From contig OZ242008.1 in NCBI GenBank assembly GCA_965204735.1, positions 384,001 through 448,000 of the forward strand: 64,000 nt of DNA, written 5' to 3'. Each line of letters starts with the position of its first letter. Position 1 is the first letter of the stretch. Below, in pieces: positions 52,600 through 64,000 of the stretch. Source of the stretch: Longimicrobiales bacterium (GTDB taxonomy: Bacteria > Gemmatimonadota > Gemmatimonadetes > Longimicrobiales > Gaopeijiaceae). The notes beneath the pieces are model-generated. The model was not told the DNA's origin, ran no database searches, and worked only from the letters and a program-made list of their open reading frames with translations. The position numbers were made by a program, and so were the translations under genes.

Positions 52600-55564
52600 C
52601 GGGCGTGCCCAGCACGAGGTTCATGATGCGGTCCACCACTTGCTTGCGGCGACCGCTGGTCAGCTTGAGCAACGGACTGTACAGGTGCCGTCGCAACAGG
52701 CGTTGCTCGTGCTCGCTGTGCTTCGCACTGGGGAAGCGGAGAAGCAGCTCGTCGATCCGGCGAGCCAACTCCATGGCCGACGTCGCCGCTCCGGTCACGG
52801 CCGACTCCTTCCGCAGCTCCCAGTAGACTCCAAAGGCCCTCGCGGACAGTCCACTTTCCTCTGCGGCCGCAAGCGCTTCGTCCTTCTCCTCGGCCAGCCC
52901 GGCAAGCAGGTCCATCGCCTCCATGGAGGATATCTGGCGCGTCTCCAGGTCTCGCTGCACGCGCTCGGCGCGCTCCTGCAACGGCAAGAGGACGGCGGCC
53001 AGCTCGGCGTTGTCGTCGATCTCCTTGCGCATCCCTCGCAACAGGTTGAACACCATGGCTTCGTCGCGCTCCGGCTCTTCTCGCAACTCCTCCAACGTCT
53101 TCAAGTCGAAGGTGACCGCTCGCGGGACGTGGCCCAGCCCTTCGGTGACGGCGCTCTTCTGAATCATGGCGCGGGTCTTGGCGGCCAAATCGGCCACGTA
53201 GTCCACCTTGCGGGCGTAAGCGGCCTGCGTTGCCGCGTAGAGGCCGGCCAGCAGCTTGTAGGAATCGAGGTGGTCGCGCAGCTCGTCGGAGGGCGACAGT
53301 ATCTCCATCAGTGCCTCGATCTCCTTGTAGGACTCGAAGAACTCGTTGCGCGCGGTCGGATCGCGAAGCTGGTCGTATACGCGCTGCTCCAGCCAGGCGT
53401 CGTCGGCTCCTTCGACCGCTCCCGCAAGGTACTTCGCCTCTGCTCGGGCCAGCTTGTCGCGGAAGTCGCCCAGGAGCACGTCGATGCCCTCGACGACCCC
53501 GCTCACGTCGGTGGAATCGAAGCGCAGCGCCTTCTCCAGCGCCTGAAGCACGCCCACGAAGTCCACCACGAGCCCGATCCGCTTGCGGGCGCCGGTGTCC
53601 GGGTCCACGTGAGGCCGGTTCACGCGAGCAATCGCTTGCAGGAGCACATGGTCGCGCATGGGCTTGTCGAGGTACATGCAGTACAGCAGCGGCGCGTCGA
53701 ACCCCGTGAGCAGCTTGTCGGTCACGATCAGGATTCTCGGGTTCTCGCCCGCCTTCTTGAACATCAGCCGCGCTTCGTCCTCCTGGTCCCGCGACAGCTG
53801 AAGCTCCGCGACGATCGGCCGCTTCACGACGTCGTCGGGGTTCTCGGTGTAGACGGGCGCGGTCCATTCCGGCGGAAGCAGCTTGTCGAGGGCCCGCTTG
53901 TACTTGGCGCAAGCCTCTCGGTTCACGCCGACCAGGAACGCCTTGTAGCCCAAGGGTTGCACGTTCTCGCGGAAGTGGCGGGCGACGTAGGCCGCAACCT
54001 TGTCCACGCGGTCGTCGGCGGTCAGGAAGGCGCGCAGCCCGACGGCGCGGTCCAGGACCTTGTTGAGCTCGTCCACGTCGGTGACGCCCTCGGCGGCGGC
54101 CATGGCGAAGAACTCGTCGTCCAGCTGCTGGGCCGGCAGGGTCGTCTCGCTGGGCGCCACGACGTGGCGGATCGGGAGCGTGGTCTCGTCCTCGATCGAC
54201 TCGGCGATCGTGTACTTGTGCAGATAGCCCTTCTCGTCGTCGGCGCCGAATATCTTGAACGTCCCCCGGCCGTGCTCGGTCTTGGCGATCGGCGTGCCGG
54301 TGAAGCCGACGATGGTGGCGTTCGGCACCGCGCCCATGAGGTAGGTGCCCAGATCGCGGGCGACGGAGCGGTGCGCCTCGTCGATGAAGACGAAGACGTT
54401 GTCGCGGGTGCTCGCGTTCTTGTCGAGCCCCTCGAACTTGTGGATCATCGACAGGATCAGCCCGCGCCTGTCGGCTCGGAGCAGCTCCGCCAGCTCGGCC
54501 TTGGAGCCGGCCTGGTGCACCGCGATGTCCTGCTGCTGCATCTCGCCCAGCAGACGCTCGACCCACTCTCGGAGCTGCCCTTCAAGGTCGATCCGGTCCA
54601 CCACGACAATTACGGTGGGCGCCTGGAAGCGTTCGCGGTCCTGGAGCAGCAACCGGGCCGCCGTGAGGAGCGTGAAGGTCTTGCCCGAGCCTTGGGTGTG
54701 CCAGACCAGCCCCCGTCGCTTCTTCGGCTCCGCGCATCGTTCGACCACCCGCGTCGCGGCCCGCCGCTGGTGCTGCCGCAGCACCGTCTTCCGCGTTACG
54801 CCGTCCTCGACGTAGAACAGAATCCAGTCGCGGAGCGTCCGCAGGAAGTCGGTCGGCTCGAAGAAGGATTGGACGGCGAAGCGGTAGCTGTCGTCGAAGC
54901 CGCGCTTGCCCTTGTCGCTGGGCGATTCCTTCCAGCGCGCCATGAAGCGGCGCGACAGGTTCCACGTCACCCCGTACCAGTAGTCGAGCATGTGCGTGAC
55001 GTTGAAGAGCTGGGCCGAGCCGACCAGCTCCGGCGTGCTCGCCTCGTACCGCTTCAGCTGATTCAGGCCCCGCTCGATGGCGTCGGCCTGCTTGGGGTTC
55101 TTGTGCTCCACGATCGCCACGGGCAGCCCGTTGACGACGAACATGAGGTCCGCCCGCGCCCCGCGGCGTCGGGCAGGCGGTCTGATCGACCACTCCCATG
55201 TGACGTGAAGGACGTTGGCGTTCGGTTCGTCGAAGTCGATCAGCCGGACGAACCGCTGCCGCATCTCCGTCTCGTCGTACCATTGCCTTTCCCCGCGCAT
55301 CCAGCCCAGCATCTGGCGGTTCCCCTCGACCGTCGACGGCGTGGCCTCGATCCGCTCCACGACGGACCGGACGGCGTCGGCAGTCAGCCAAGGGTTGAAG
55401 CGACGGATGGCGGCTTCGAGCACGTCGCGGAAGAAGGCACCTTCCCGGCCTCCTCGCTCGGCCGTGGCCACCTTAGGCTCCAGCGGCGTCCAGCCGACCT
55501 CCTGCGCGTGCCGGACCATCGGAAACTGGGCGACGGCCGCCTCGTCGATCCGGCGGAGGGTCAC
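52586..55564 (-). CDS. hsdR: Type I restriction endonuclease subunit R
   Basis: Nuclease motif [19 protein letters not shown], Walker [40 protein letters not shown]. Confidence 0.96.
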   Translation of the reverse strand: MTLRRIDEAAVAQFPMVRHAQEVGWTPLEPKVATAERGGREGAFFRDVLEAAIRRFNPWLTADAVRSVVERIEATPSTVEGNRQMLGWMRGERQWYDETEMRQRFVRLIDFDEPNANVLHVTWEWSIRPPARRRGARADLMFVVNGLPVAIVEHKNPKQADAIERGLNQLKRYEASTPELVGSAQLFNVTHMLDYWYGVTWNLSRRFMARWKESPSDKGKRGFDDSYRFAVQSFFEPTDFLRTLRDWILFYVEDGVTRKTVLRQHQRRAATRVVERCAEPKKRRGLVWHTQGSGKTFTLLTAARLLLQDRERFQAPTVIVVVDRIDLEGQLREWVERLLGEMQQQDIAVHQAGSKAELAELLRADRRGLILSMIHKFEGLDKNASTRDNVFVFIDEAHRSVARDLGTYLMGAVPNATIVGFTGTPIAKTEHGRGTFKIFGADDEKGYLHKYTIAESIEDETTLPIRHVVAPSETTLPAQQLDDEFFAMAAAEGVTDVDELNKVLDRAVGLRAFLTADDRVDKVAAYVARHFRENVQPLGYKAFLVGVNREACAKYKRALDKLLPPEWTAPVYTENPDDVVKRPIVAELQLSRDQEDEARLMFKKAGENPRILIVTDKLLTGFDAPLLYCMYLDKPMRDHVLLQAIARVNRPHVDPDTGARKRIGLVVDFVGVLQALEKALRFDSTDVSGVVEGIDVLLGDFRDKLARAEAKYLAGAVEGADDAWLEQRVYDQLRDPTARNEFFESYKEIEALMEILSPSDELRDHLDSYKLLAGLYAATQAAYARKVDYVADLAAKTRAMIQKSAVTEGLGHVPRAVTFDLKTLEELREEPERDEAMVFNLLRGMRKEIDDNAELAAVLLPLQERAERVQRDLETRQISSMEAMDLLAGLAEEKDEALAAAEESGLSARAFGVYWELRKESAVTGAATSAMELARRIDELLLRFPSAKHSEHEQRLLRRHLYSPLLKLTSGRRKQVVDRIMNLVLGTPDDDD

Positions 55565-55575
55565 GGGAAGAAGCT

Positions 55576-55951
<376 letters not shown>

Positions 55952-55965
<14 letters not shown>

Positions 55966-57355
55966 TGGTCCGCATCCACCGAGCAGACCAGCCCGTGCCA
56001 CGCAACTGCACTAGCCCTTCGTCTCGGAGTTCCTCCAACATTCTTCGCAGCTGCGCCTCGCTCACACTACCCCGCATCCCCGAGAGGAGCTCCCTCCGGG
56101 TCATGCCCCCAGCAGCACCATCCAGAAGCACCAGCACCTCCGTCCTTGCCGGAACCGCCCCTTCCGCGACACCCTCGGGGCCCATTTGTCCGTGTTGGAA
56201 CCGGACGATCACGGAGTCGCCCTGCTCCTCGATCTCGGGCCGGGGCAACCCGGCAGCGATCGCCGTTTCGGCCATCCTGATTGTCCCCGTGCCCCACGTC
56301 TCGATGATGCCTCTGCGATAGAACGTTCGGGCGATCCAGGGGTTCCACAGCCGGGACCTGTGCGGCTCAAAAAGGTCTTCCGGCGTCAGTCCAAAGTGCA
56401 ACGGACCGGGCGACGTGATCTCCAGCCGGTCGTCGTACATGGCCAGTCCGATGGAGCCGCCGAAGACGGCGTAGTCACGGTGGCAGAGAGCGTTCGCTAG
56501 CGCCTCCCTGGTCGCCAAGACCGGGTACAAGGGCTCGTCGAGCCGGTCGAATCGGTTCGGGTCAAACCGTCCCGCGATGGGCACCCACTCGCGTAGGAAC
56601 CGTTCGCCCGCTCGCAACAGCTCGAAAGCGTTGCCAGCGAACTGGCGGTTGTCGAGAAACTTCGACCGATCCACCCCGCGAAACCGAGCCACGCGAAGTA
56701 AGCACTGAGGAAAGTCCAGCTCCAGGCGCTCGCGCTTGCCGAACAGCACGGCGGCGGCCCGATACACAACGTCACCCTGTATCAGGCCTAGTCCGAGCAA
56801 TAGGTCCTCGACGCCTCTACGCTCCGGTTCGTCCAACCGTTCCCGTCGTACGGCCTCTGCGACCGTATTCCGAACCTCGTCTCCGTCGAGGTCGTCGATC
56901 GACCATCCCGCAGCTTCCTGGTTCTCCCAGCGGTCGCTCTTGTGATACCGCTCCAAGACCGCCCGACCGTGCTCGTCCGCCGACATCGGCAGCGTGACGT
57001 TGCCTACACGGCGGTAGCCCTGGCCTCGGTAGGTGTACGGCTTGCCTTCGCCCGCCTTCACCCGCACGACGACCACGTCGCGCCCATTCCCCACATTCAC
57101 GCGAATCACCTCTGGGTAGGCCGCCGGCTGAATCCGGCCAATCTCCGCGCCAAGTTCCTCCAACGTCCGGTCGCTGACTTGCTGTCCCACGACCGCACCA
57201 TCCGGCTTGACCCCGAACATCACGTAGCCGCCGCGCTGGTTGAGCATAGCGCATATGGTCTGCGCGGCCTCGCGGCGACCGCCGGTCGTCGTCTTCAGCT
57301 CCAACGTCTCGGACTCGCCGAATTCAACGAGGAGGGCGAGCTGGTCAGCGGTCAT
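55952..57355 (-). CDS. Schlafen/AlbA_2 plus HATPase_c_4 (RecG C-terminal-like) plus wHTH protein
   Basis: [30 protein letters not shown] (AlbA_2); [36 protein letters not shown]-terminal HTH ending GTGWSARW. Confidence 0.9.
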
Positions 57356-59907
57356 GGGATACTCCTGCTGTCCGGGCCGACTCTTTCCGATCCAATGTGC
57401 GTCCCTGATCTTGAGGCTGCGCGACGATCACTCGAGTTCGGCCAGTAGCAATTCTATGCAACAGTGCTCTGTACAGTTGTCCCGTGACACCTTCTTGGGT
57501 GCGATACAGACGAACTCTTTCTCTGACTCCGCTCAGGACAGATACGATTACCCGCTGTTCCGCTAGTGATGGCACTGGTATCCGCTGAGCTAGGACATCA
57601 GTGTCGCGAACAGCGGGATAGCTCGCACCTGTTTCCAACGATGAAATGTCGCTGACGACTGTGTCGAGTTGCATTACATGAAAAAGATAATCGGAGTCAA
57701 TTACGTTGGGATCAGCCCTCAATACACAGAAGGCCGTCGATACTATTTCTCCATGAAGTCGATCAGGGATTTGTGCTATCCGCCGCAATGCCGGACGTAT
57801 AGTGGCAAAGATCGTGTCTCCGGCATGCACGATTTTGCGTGCCCGGCTAGGTATGGTCTCAGGGCGTCGGTACTCGACTTCCTTCGTGATTGTGAGTGTA
57901 TCGCGCGATACACCGGAAACGGCGACGTACCGAATTGATGGTCTGGGCTCACGTCGAGGATTCCAAACTGAGACTGGAATCGTTACGTTGCCTATCTCCG
58001 TATGCCGCCAGTCCGAGGGCGGAGCCGCTACATGATCCATGGACAGAGATGCAAGCATCGACAACATCTTTTGCTCCAATCTAGACTGTTCCAAAGACAA
58101 TCGACTCATTGAAGCTACAAGATCATCCAACTGATCGCCGTCTGTAGTTCTTGTACGTGCCTGCGTCGTCCATCGGCTTGGAATAAGGCTATAGTCTACT
58201 GCTGCGATCTCGCTTGTCGACACAACTGCAACCTGACGGATCGTCGTATCTGCATCCAGAAACATGGCGGCCAAAGCCGGAATAGCCGCCTGGGACAAAT
58301 GGTTCTTGGCTCTCCCTCTGCGCGCCCATTCGCTAGCATCCAGCAGCACCACCTTCCCTCGTCGCGCTGGCGGCTTGTCCTTCGACAGCACCACGATCAC
58401 ACCTGCGGCCGTCGTGTTGTAGAACAGGTTGTCCGGGAGGAGGATCACGCCCTCGATCAGGTCGTTGTCCACGAACCACTTGCGGATGTTCCGCTCCTTG
58501 TCCTCGTGCTTCGCGCCGGAGCCGCGCGTCACGGCGCCGGTGTCCAGCACCACGGCGGCACGACCGCGCTCGTTCAGGCACGCCAGCGTGTGCTGGAGCC
58601 ATGCCCAGTCGCCCTTTCCGCTGGTCGGCCCTCCGGCGGTGCGGAAACGGTCGAAGGGGTCGTTGGCGAAGGTCGCCGGGTTGAACGGTTGGTTCCACAT
58701 TGGGTTGGCGACCACGATGTCGTGGGTGTCGATCTTGCCGGAGGCGGTTTTGAACTTCGGGTTGATCATCGTGTCGCCGCGTGCGATCTCCACGTCCATG
58801 TCGTGGATGATGGCGTTCATCTTGGCAGTGGCGTAGCTCTCGGCCTGGAGTTCTTGGCCGGCCAGCTTGAGGGGCACGCGGGTAGTGGGATCAAGTTCTC
58901 GGGCGACCAATTGAAGCTTGAGCAGCAGGCCGGCCGAGCCGCAGGCGTAGTCGTGGCACTTGTCTCCAGGCTTTGGGCGCATGATGTGCGCCATCAGGAA
59001 GGCGACCTCCGTCGGCGTGAAGAACTCACCCCCGCTTCGACCCGATCCCTCCGCGAACTTGCGCAGCCAGGAACTCGTAGGCGCGACCTAGAAAGTCGGG
59101 CTGCACGTCGGCGAGGCCGAGGCGATAGTCGGGGTCCGAGAAGGTCTCGATGACCTGGGCGAGCTTGGCCGGGTTGACGTCGCGCTCGCCGTTGCGCTCC
59201 CCCGCGAAGTCCACGACGTCGATGACGCCGGACAGGGAAGGGTTCTGGCGCACGACCGCCCGCACGGCCTTGGTCAGATGCTCCCCGACGTCCCTCGGGG
59301 CCGTGCTTCGGCCTTCGGCATCGCGGGGCCACTCGTGCGGTTCCCGACCGCTGATCACCGCCCAACGGGCCTCCGGCGGCAAGTAGAAGCGGAGGAGATC
59401 GTGGTCCTCCTCGGCGATCTCCCTGGCAACGTCCGCATTGCCGTATTCGGTTTCGAGTCGAGCGATCTCGTCGTCGAACACGTCGGAGAGGCGCTTCAGG
59501 AACAGGAGCGGCAGCAGATAGTCCTTGAACTTCGCCGCATCTCGTTGGCCGCGGATCGAACAGGCGGCGCTCCACAGCATCTTCTCCATGGCCGTGGTGT
59601 CGGACGATCCCGAGGTCTCGGCCGCGCGGCCGCTCTTCTTCGTCTTCCGCCGTCGCGCACGGCTCTTTGGACCGCTGGACGCCTCCGGAACGTTCCCGGA
59701 ATCCGCCGCCATCCAGTCGACACCCGCCTCCTCGGCCAGTGCCGCGATGGCCTCTCTGGACGCTCGCTGCGGCTTGACTTTGCCGCCCTCCCAGCGGTTG
59801 ACGCTGGCGAAGGACACGTCGAGTCGCTCAGCAAGCTCCTCCTGCGTGAGGTCCAGGGCCTCGCGGATGGCCCGGAGCGTAGCCGGGATGTTGCGTGGCT
59901 CAATCAC
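57345..59907 (-). pseudogene. hsdM: Xre-HTH-HsdM-single-TRD (half HsdS) fusion split by a +1 frameshift at 59067/59068 (real or sequencing error)
   Basis: [24 protein letters not shown]; Hsd[17 protein letters not shown]; removing one base gives [29 protein letters not shown]; motif I DYACGSAG; motif [53 protein letters not shown]. Confidence 0.85.
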
Positions 59908-60727
59908 GAAGACAGAGGGCACGGCCATCGTTGTGGAACAGCCGGTGCAAGCCGAGCATGACGAGTTGCCTGGCCTGACCGATGAAGGGCGTCTGAGCCA
60001 GCGTTCGGTTTTCGTCGTCCGTGAGGCCATTCATCAAGTCGTCGGCCGTGTAGCCCTCGAAGCGCTGGTGCTCCGGCCAATCCCGAGGATCGTTCCACGG
60101 ATCGACCAAACCGAGCGTCTCCGCTATGTCGCGGGTACAACCGCCGAAACCTCCCACCAGGAACAACGGCTGTCCGGCCTCCAACGACAGCAGCGCCTCT
60201 TCGGCAATGCCCGGCATCTTGCCCTTGTAGTTCTCGACTTGGCCACCGATGGCTATTCGGCCGCTCGTTTCGGCTCGCATCATCGCCCGCATGCTTGTCA
60301 GACCTGATCGCCAATCCCTCTCGCTCGGCTCGCATGACGGGAGCTTTCGACGCTCGTCGGCAGACATCCGCGTGCCGTTGAGGCCGACAAAGGTCAGATG
60401 CGCGACGTGGTCCACGCTGGCCGCAACTTCGTCCAAGTCGCTTGTGGACATCCGAATGTGGACAGGCCACGCGAAGTAGTTGGTCATGCGAATCGCCGTT
60501 TGGCCGGGTCGCCGGTACCGTCCCGCCAGCTCGAAGAGCACTTCGGTGAAACCCCGCTCGCGAAGGTCGCCGCCGTAGGCCAAGTCCACTCCCGAGGCCA
60601 GAAGTTCTACAACAAGCTCCACGAACGTGTCCCACACATGGTCCACACTGACTCCCAGTCCGTTGGTGTCCGGGCTGTCGGAGATCGAGACGGCGATGGC
60701 TCGCGGCGGATGCAGAGCCGTGTTCAT
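59900..60727 (-). CDS. Stand-alone SLOG protein (SLOG cluster 2 / LD_cluster2-like), paralog B
   Basis: [68 protein letters not shown] before ATG 60727. Confidence 0.8.
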   Translation of the reverse strand: MNTALHPPRAIAVSISDSPDTNGLGVSVDHVWDTFVELVVELLASGVDLAYGGDLRERGFTEVLFELAGRYRRPGQTAIRMTNYFAWPVHIRMSTSDLDEVAASVDHVAHLTFVGLNGTRMSADERRKLPSCEPSERDWRSGLTSMRAMMRAETSGRIAIGGQVENYKGKMPGIAEEALLSLEAGQPLFLVGGFGGCTRDIAETLGLVDPWNDPRDWPEHQRFEGYTADDLMNGLTDDENRTLAQTPFIGQARQLVMLGLHRLFHNDGRALCLRD

Positions 60728-60748
60728 GCGTGCCTCCGTATCCAATCG

Positions 60749-61606
60749 TCAAGCGTGTGAAGCTGCACGCTCGGGTCGATGAAACAGGCTGCGGCCGTCT
60801 CTGCGGTAGAGGCGGTACAGGCCCGTCATGACCAAGTTCACGGCCTGGCCGATGTAGGACGTATGGGCGAGCTTTCGGTTCTCGTCGGCGGTGAGCCCGT
60901 TGCCCAGAGAATCCACCGAGTAGGCGTCGAACATGCGGCGACCCGGCCACGAGCGTACCCCGTTCCACGGTTCGATCACTCCCATGGCTTCCGCTATGTC
61001 CCTGGTGCAGCCTCCGAATCCGCCAACCAGAAACACCGGCTGTCCCGCCTGGAGCGACAGCAGCGCCTCCTCGGCGATGCCGGGCATCTTGCCCTTGTAG
61101 TTTTCCACCTGACCGCCGACCACGATTCGTGCGCTTGTGTTGTCGAGCATCGTCGTCCGCATGGAGGTAAGGCCGAGCCGCCACTCCTCGTCGTCGGGCT
61201 CTCTTGAAGGCAGGGCCCGGCGAACCTCGGTGGAGATGGGTGCCCCGTCGGGTCCGACCAGCACCAGCCGGGCGGCGGGCGCCACGGCGGCCGCAACCTC
61301 GTCCAAGTCGCCCACGGTCATGCGAATGTGAACCGGCCAAGCCAAGTAGTTGACGACGCGAGTCAGGGCCTGGCCGCGTCGCTGGTATCGGCCGACGAGC
61401 TCAAACAGCAGCTCGGTGAAGCCGCCGTTGCGACGGCTGCGCATGTCTCCGCCGTAGGCGAGATCCGTCCCGGTCGCGAGGAGGAATACCGCCAGCTCTG
61501 CCAGTATGTCGTCCAGGTGCTCGTCGATGAATCCGAGGACTGCCATGTCCGGACTCGCGGACACGGAGACGCCGATGGCCTTGGGGACATGGAGCCGTGT
61601 AGTCAT
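60749..61606 (-). CDS. Stand-alone SLOG protein (SLOG cluster 2-like), paralog A
   Basis: Same motifs as paralog B. It is the 3' end of the listed 60749..63874 frame; ATG 61606 follows GAGGA. Confidence 0.8.
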   Translation of the reverse strand: MTTRLHVPKAIGVSVSASPDMAVLGFIDEHLDDILAELAVFLLATGTDLAYGGDMRSRRNGGFTELLFELVGRYQRRGQALTRVVNYLAWPVHIRMTVGDLDEVAAAVAPAARLVLVGPDGAPISTEVRRALPSREPDDEEWRLGLTSMRTTMLDNTSARIVVGGQVENYKGKMPGIAEEALLSLQAGQPVFLVGGFGGCTRDIAEAMGVIEPWNGVRSWPGRRMFDAYSVDSLGNGLTADENRKLAHTSYIGQAVNLVMTGLYRLYRRDGRSLFHRPERAASHA

Positions 61607-61685
61607 GGCCGGTTCCTCACGTACCAGTCGTCCATCGTGCGCAGCTGGACACTTGGGTCGATGCCGTCTCGCCGACAGCTTGGGA

Positions 61686-61772
61686 GATCGGAAACGGATC
61701 GCGGGTCTGCGATATAGCGAATATAGCACATATGGCAGAAATGGGAAGCGGACGGCCAGAAATCGCCGGCAA
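61686..61772. repeat. Dispersed intergenic element, copy 2
   Basis: ATATAGCGA-ATATAGCAC-ATATGGCAG-AAATGGGAAGC at 61712-61749; shares GATC.GAAA..GATCG and TCGCCGGCAA flanks with copy 1. Confidence 0.75.
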
Positions 61773-61806
61773 ACCACCCGTTTGGCGGCCAGCTGCCGGT
61801 CAAGCG

Positions 61807-64000
61807 TCACGTCCCGGCTGTCGCCGAAAGGCCGTAGGGCTCGAGCAAGGCGTTCAGCTCGGGAACCGTGGTCGTGGCGAGTTCGTTCAGCCGCCCGACG
61901 GCTTGGCGGGCGTTCTCGCGCACTCGTGCCAGCCTCCGGCGCTGGTCGTCCGAGGGCCCGGCAAGGGACCCCGTCGTGGACGGACCGCCGTCGAACTTGC
62001 CGATCAGGCCGGTCCACCAGTTCCGCAGGTCGTTGTTGACTTGGCGCCACTCGTCGGCGGTCTCCTTGATCGTGTCGGCCAGCGCCTGGGCCCTTGTCGC
62101 GGCTGCGTCGTCCGGCGCCAGCACAGCCAACGAATCCACGGCCTCCGTCGCCGCCCGCTCCATCTCGTATGCCGTCGTTCCTTCGTCGTAGGCGAGCCTC
62201 TGAAGCTCGTAGAGTTCCAACGTGAACTCGTACCGCGCCAAGCGTTCTTCGGCGGGAACAGGGAAGAGCGGATCGGGACGCACGACCAGCTCCTGCACTC
62301 GCTGGCCGTCCCGCGCCTCCTCCCCGTTCACGACGAGCTCGACCGAGTAGGCGCCGGGAAGGACCAGAGGCCCGTCGGGACCCGTGTCCAGGTTGGGCAC
62401 TTCGTAACGGGCGGTGTCGTGCGGGACGGGATCGTGGCGCAGGTCCCACGAGGCCCGGTTCAGGCCGGCTGCCCCAGGTCCGTGCAGCGTGCGCACCAAG
62501 TCGTTCGCTTCGTTGCGGATGCGCAGCTGAACGCCCTCGCCGCCCAACGCCTCGGGCAGCCGATAGTCCAGGTTGGCGCCGTAGGCCGGGTTCTCCGCCC
62601 GGTAGACCCCCTGGCCCATGGACGGGACGTCGTTGCGGTAGAGGAAGAGCGTCGCGGGACGAGGCGCGAAGAGCCGGGGGCCGTCGGTTGCCGAGGAGCC
62701 GCCGGACCCGACGGCGCCCCCGTCCGACAGCGGCGTGATGTCGTCCAGGATCCAGATGCTCCGTCCATGCGTACCGGCCACGACGTCGTTCTCTCGGGAG
62801 TGGATCTCGATGTCGTCCACGGGAACGGCGGGCATCCCGGAGCCCAAGCGCGCCCATGTCGTCCCCCGGTCCACCGACGCGAAGACGCCGTTCTCCGCGC
62901 CCGCCACCAGCAGGTCCGGGTTGCGGGGATGCTCGCGCACTACGTTGACCGTGGCGCTTCCGGCCATTGCCAAGCCCTCCGACAGCGAACGCCACGTCGC
63001 CCCCATGTCTTCGGTCGCGAACACGTAGGGGCCGTAGTCGTCGTCCCAGTGGCGGTCCAGGCTCAAGTACGCCCGTTCGGCTTCGGCGTGGGACGCCTCC
63101 ACCCAGCTCACGTATGAGGGGAACGGCGTGCCGTCGCCGGCGCCGCCCACGTCGGTCCAGCTGTCGCCGCCGTCCCGACTTGCTCGGATGCTGCCGTCGT
63201 CCGCGCCCGTCCATAGCAGACCGGGCGTCACCGGCGACTCGGCGACGGCCGTGATCTCGCCGTAGCCCGATGCTCCGTCGTGCTTGGAGAGCGTCGTGGA
63301 GTCGGGAAGGACGCCCATGATCGGAAGGCTGTCCTGGTGAAGCGCCAGCGTAAGGTCTTCCGTGGCCCGCCAGCTCGCGCCCCGGTCGTCGGAGATGAAC
63401 AATCGGTTGCCGCCCAGGTACACGCGACTTGCGTCGTGCGGCGAGACCAGGATCGGCGACTTCCAGTCGAAGCGAAACTCCTCCGTCGTGTCGCGGGGGA
63501 AGGGCTTGAGGGCCTTGCGGTCGCCAGTGGCCACGTCCACCCGCACGATGCCGGCGTTCTGCGAAGTCACGTACACGGTTCCTGGGTCGGACCAGTCCGT
63601 TTCGGCGTACATGCCGTCGCCGTAGTCCACAACTTGCCAATCCCGGTTGAGGATTCCCTGGTATCGGCGCGTGCGGCTCGGCCCTCGGTAGGAGTTGTTG
63701 TCCTGCAGCCCGCCGTAGACGTTGTACGGCTCCGACATGTCCAAGTCCACGTCGTAGAACTGGCCGATGGGAAGGTTGGCGACAAAGCTCCAGTTGGCTC
63801 CCATGTCCCATGTCGTGTACACGCCGCCGTCGTTGCCGAGGATCATGTGGCGGGAGTCGCGCGGGTCGATCCAAAGGTCATGATGATCCACGTGCACTCC
63901 GGTGTTGTACTCGAGCTCCATGGGGAGCGCGTCGAACGTCTGCCCGCCGTCCTCCGAGCGGTGCAGCGCTCCCGCGACCAAGTACACGCGCTGGTCGTCG
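61807..64000 (-). CDS. VPS10/BNR (Asp-box) beta-propeller glycosyl-hydrolase-like protein, C-terminal part (starts beyond the window)
   Basis: Asp-boxes SEDGGQTF, SDDRGASW, SRDGGDSW, SVDRGTTW; HVDHH, GNDGG, YGGLQDN, GTHGRSIWILDDITPL, GLNRASWDLR. Confidence 0.9.
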   Translation of the reverse strand, partial: DDQRVYLVAGALHRSEDGGQTFDALPMELEYNTGVHVDHHDLWIDPRDSRHMILGNDGGVYTTWDMGANWSFVANLPIGQFYDVDLDMSEPYNVYGGLQDNNSYRGPSRTRRYQGILNRDWQVVDYGDGMYAETDWSDPGTVYVTSQNAGIVRVDVATGDRKALKPFPRDTTEEFRFDWKSPILVSPHDASRVYLGGNRLFISDDRGASWRATEDLTLALHQDSLPIMGVLPDSTTLSKHDGASGYGEITAVAESPVTPGLLWTGADDGSIRASRDGGDSWTDVGGAGDGTPFPSYVSWVEASHAEAERAYLSLDRHWDDDYGPYVFATEDMGATWRSLSEGLAMAGSATVNVVREHPRNPDLLVAGAENGVFASVDRGTTWARLGSGMPAVPVDDIEIHSRENDVVAGTHGRSIWILDDITPLSDGGAVGSGGSSATDGPRLFAPRPATLFLYRNDVPSMGQGVYRAENPAYGANLDYRLPEALGGEGVQLRIRNEANDLVRTLHGPGAAGLNRASWDLRHDPVPHDTARYEVPNLDTGPDGPLVLPGAYSVELVVNGEEARDGQRVQELVVRPDPLFPVPAEERLARYEFTLELYELQRLAYDEGTTAYEMERAATEAVDSLAVLAPDDAAATRAQALADTIKETADEWRQVNNDLRNWWTGLIGKFDGGPSTTGSLAGPSDDQRRRLARVRENARQAVGRLNELATTTVPELNALLEPYGLSATAGT

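Noticed and set aside
60749..63874. 1041-aa ORF as a large SLOG fusion protein
   Set aside because: Its 5' part is an alternate frame over the VPS10 gene; the SLOG gene has its own RBS and ATG at 61606 and aligns with paralog B from residue 1.

Overview
GC-rich bacterial DNA. SusC/SusD pairs, a Bat operon, a VPS10-like protein and a giant Calx-beta autotransporter suggest Gemmatimonadota or a related lineage, possibly host-associated (inference). Left to right: 5' part of mfd coupled to a BatA/VWA gene and a DUF58 gene; an orphan Xre-HTH gene; clpB with a sigma54-type promoter and three palindromes; a SusC/SusD pair; a 6184-aa repetitive autotransporter adhesin; DinB; a complete moxR-DUF58-bat operon; an orphan AAA/ABC ATPase; an S9-like hydrolase with a non-canonical triad behind a second SusC/SusD pair; a ~10.5-kb defence island; and a partial VPS10/BNR beta-propeller gene. 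The island is the best candidate for a new system. It carries two paralogous stand-alone SLOG genes coupled to an Xre-HTH-HsdM-single-TRD fusion (split by one extra base), a Schlafen/AlbA_2 gene, an array of about 15 palindromes with a C36 tract, hsdR, an M48/YgjP gene and a convergent DUF4268 nuclease-like gene. A ~90-100-bp element with three tandem 9-bp ATATAGC repeats occurs twice, both times at a core/accessory junction. No rRNA, tRNA, CRISPR array, integrase or transposase was recognised. All calls come from motif recognition by eye; no database searches were run.
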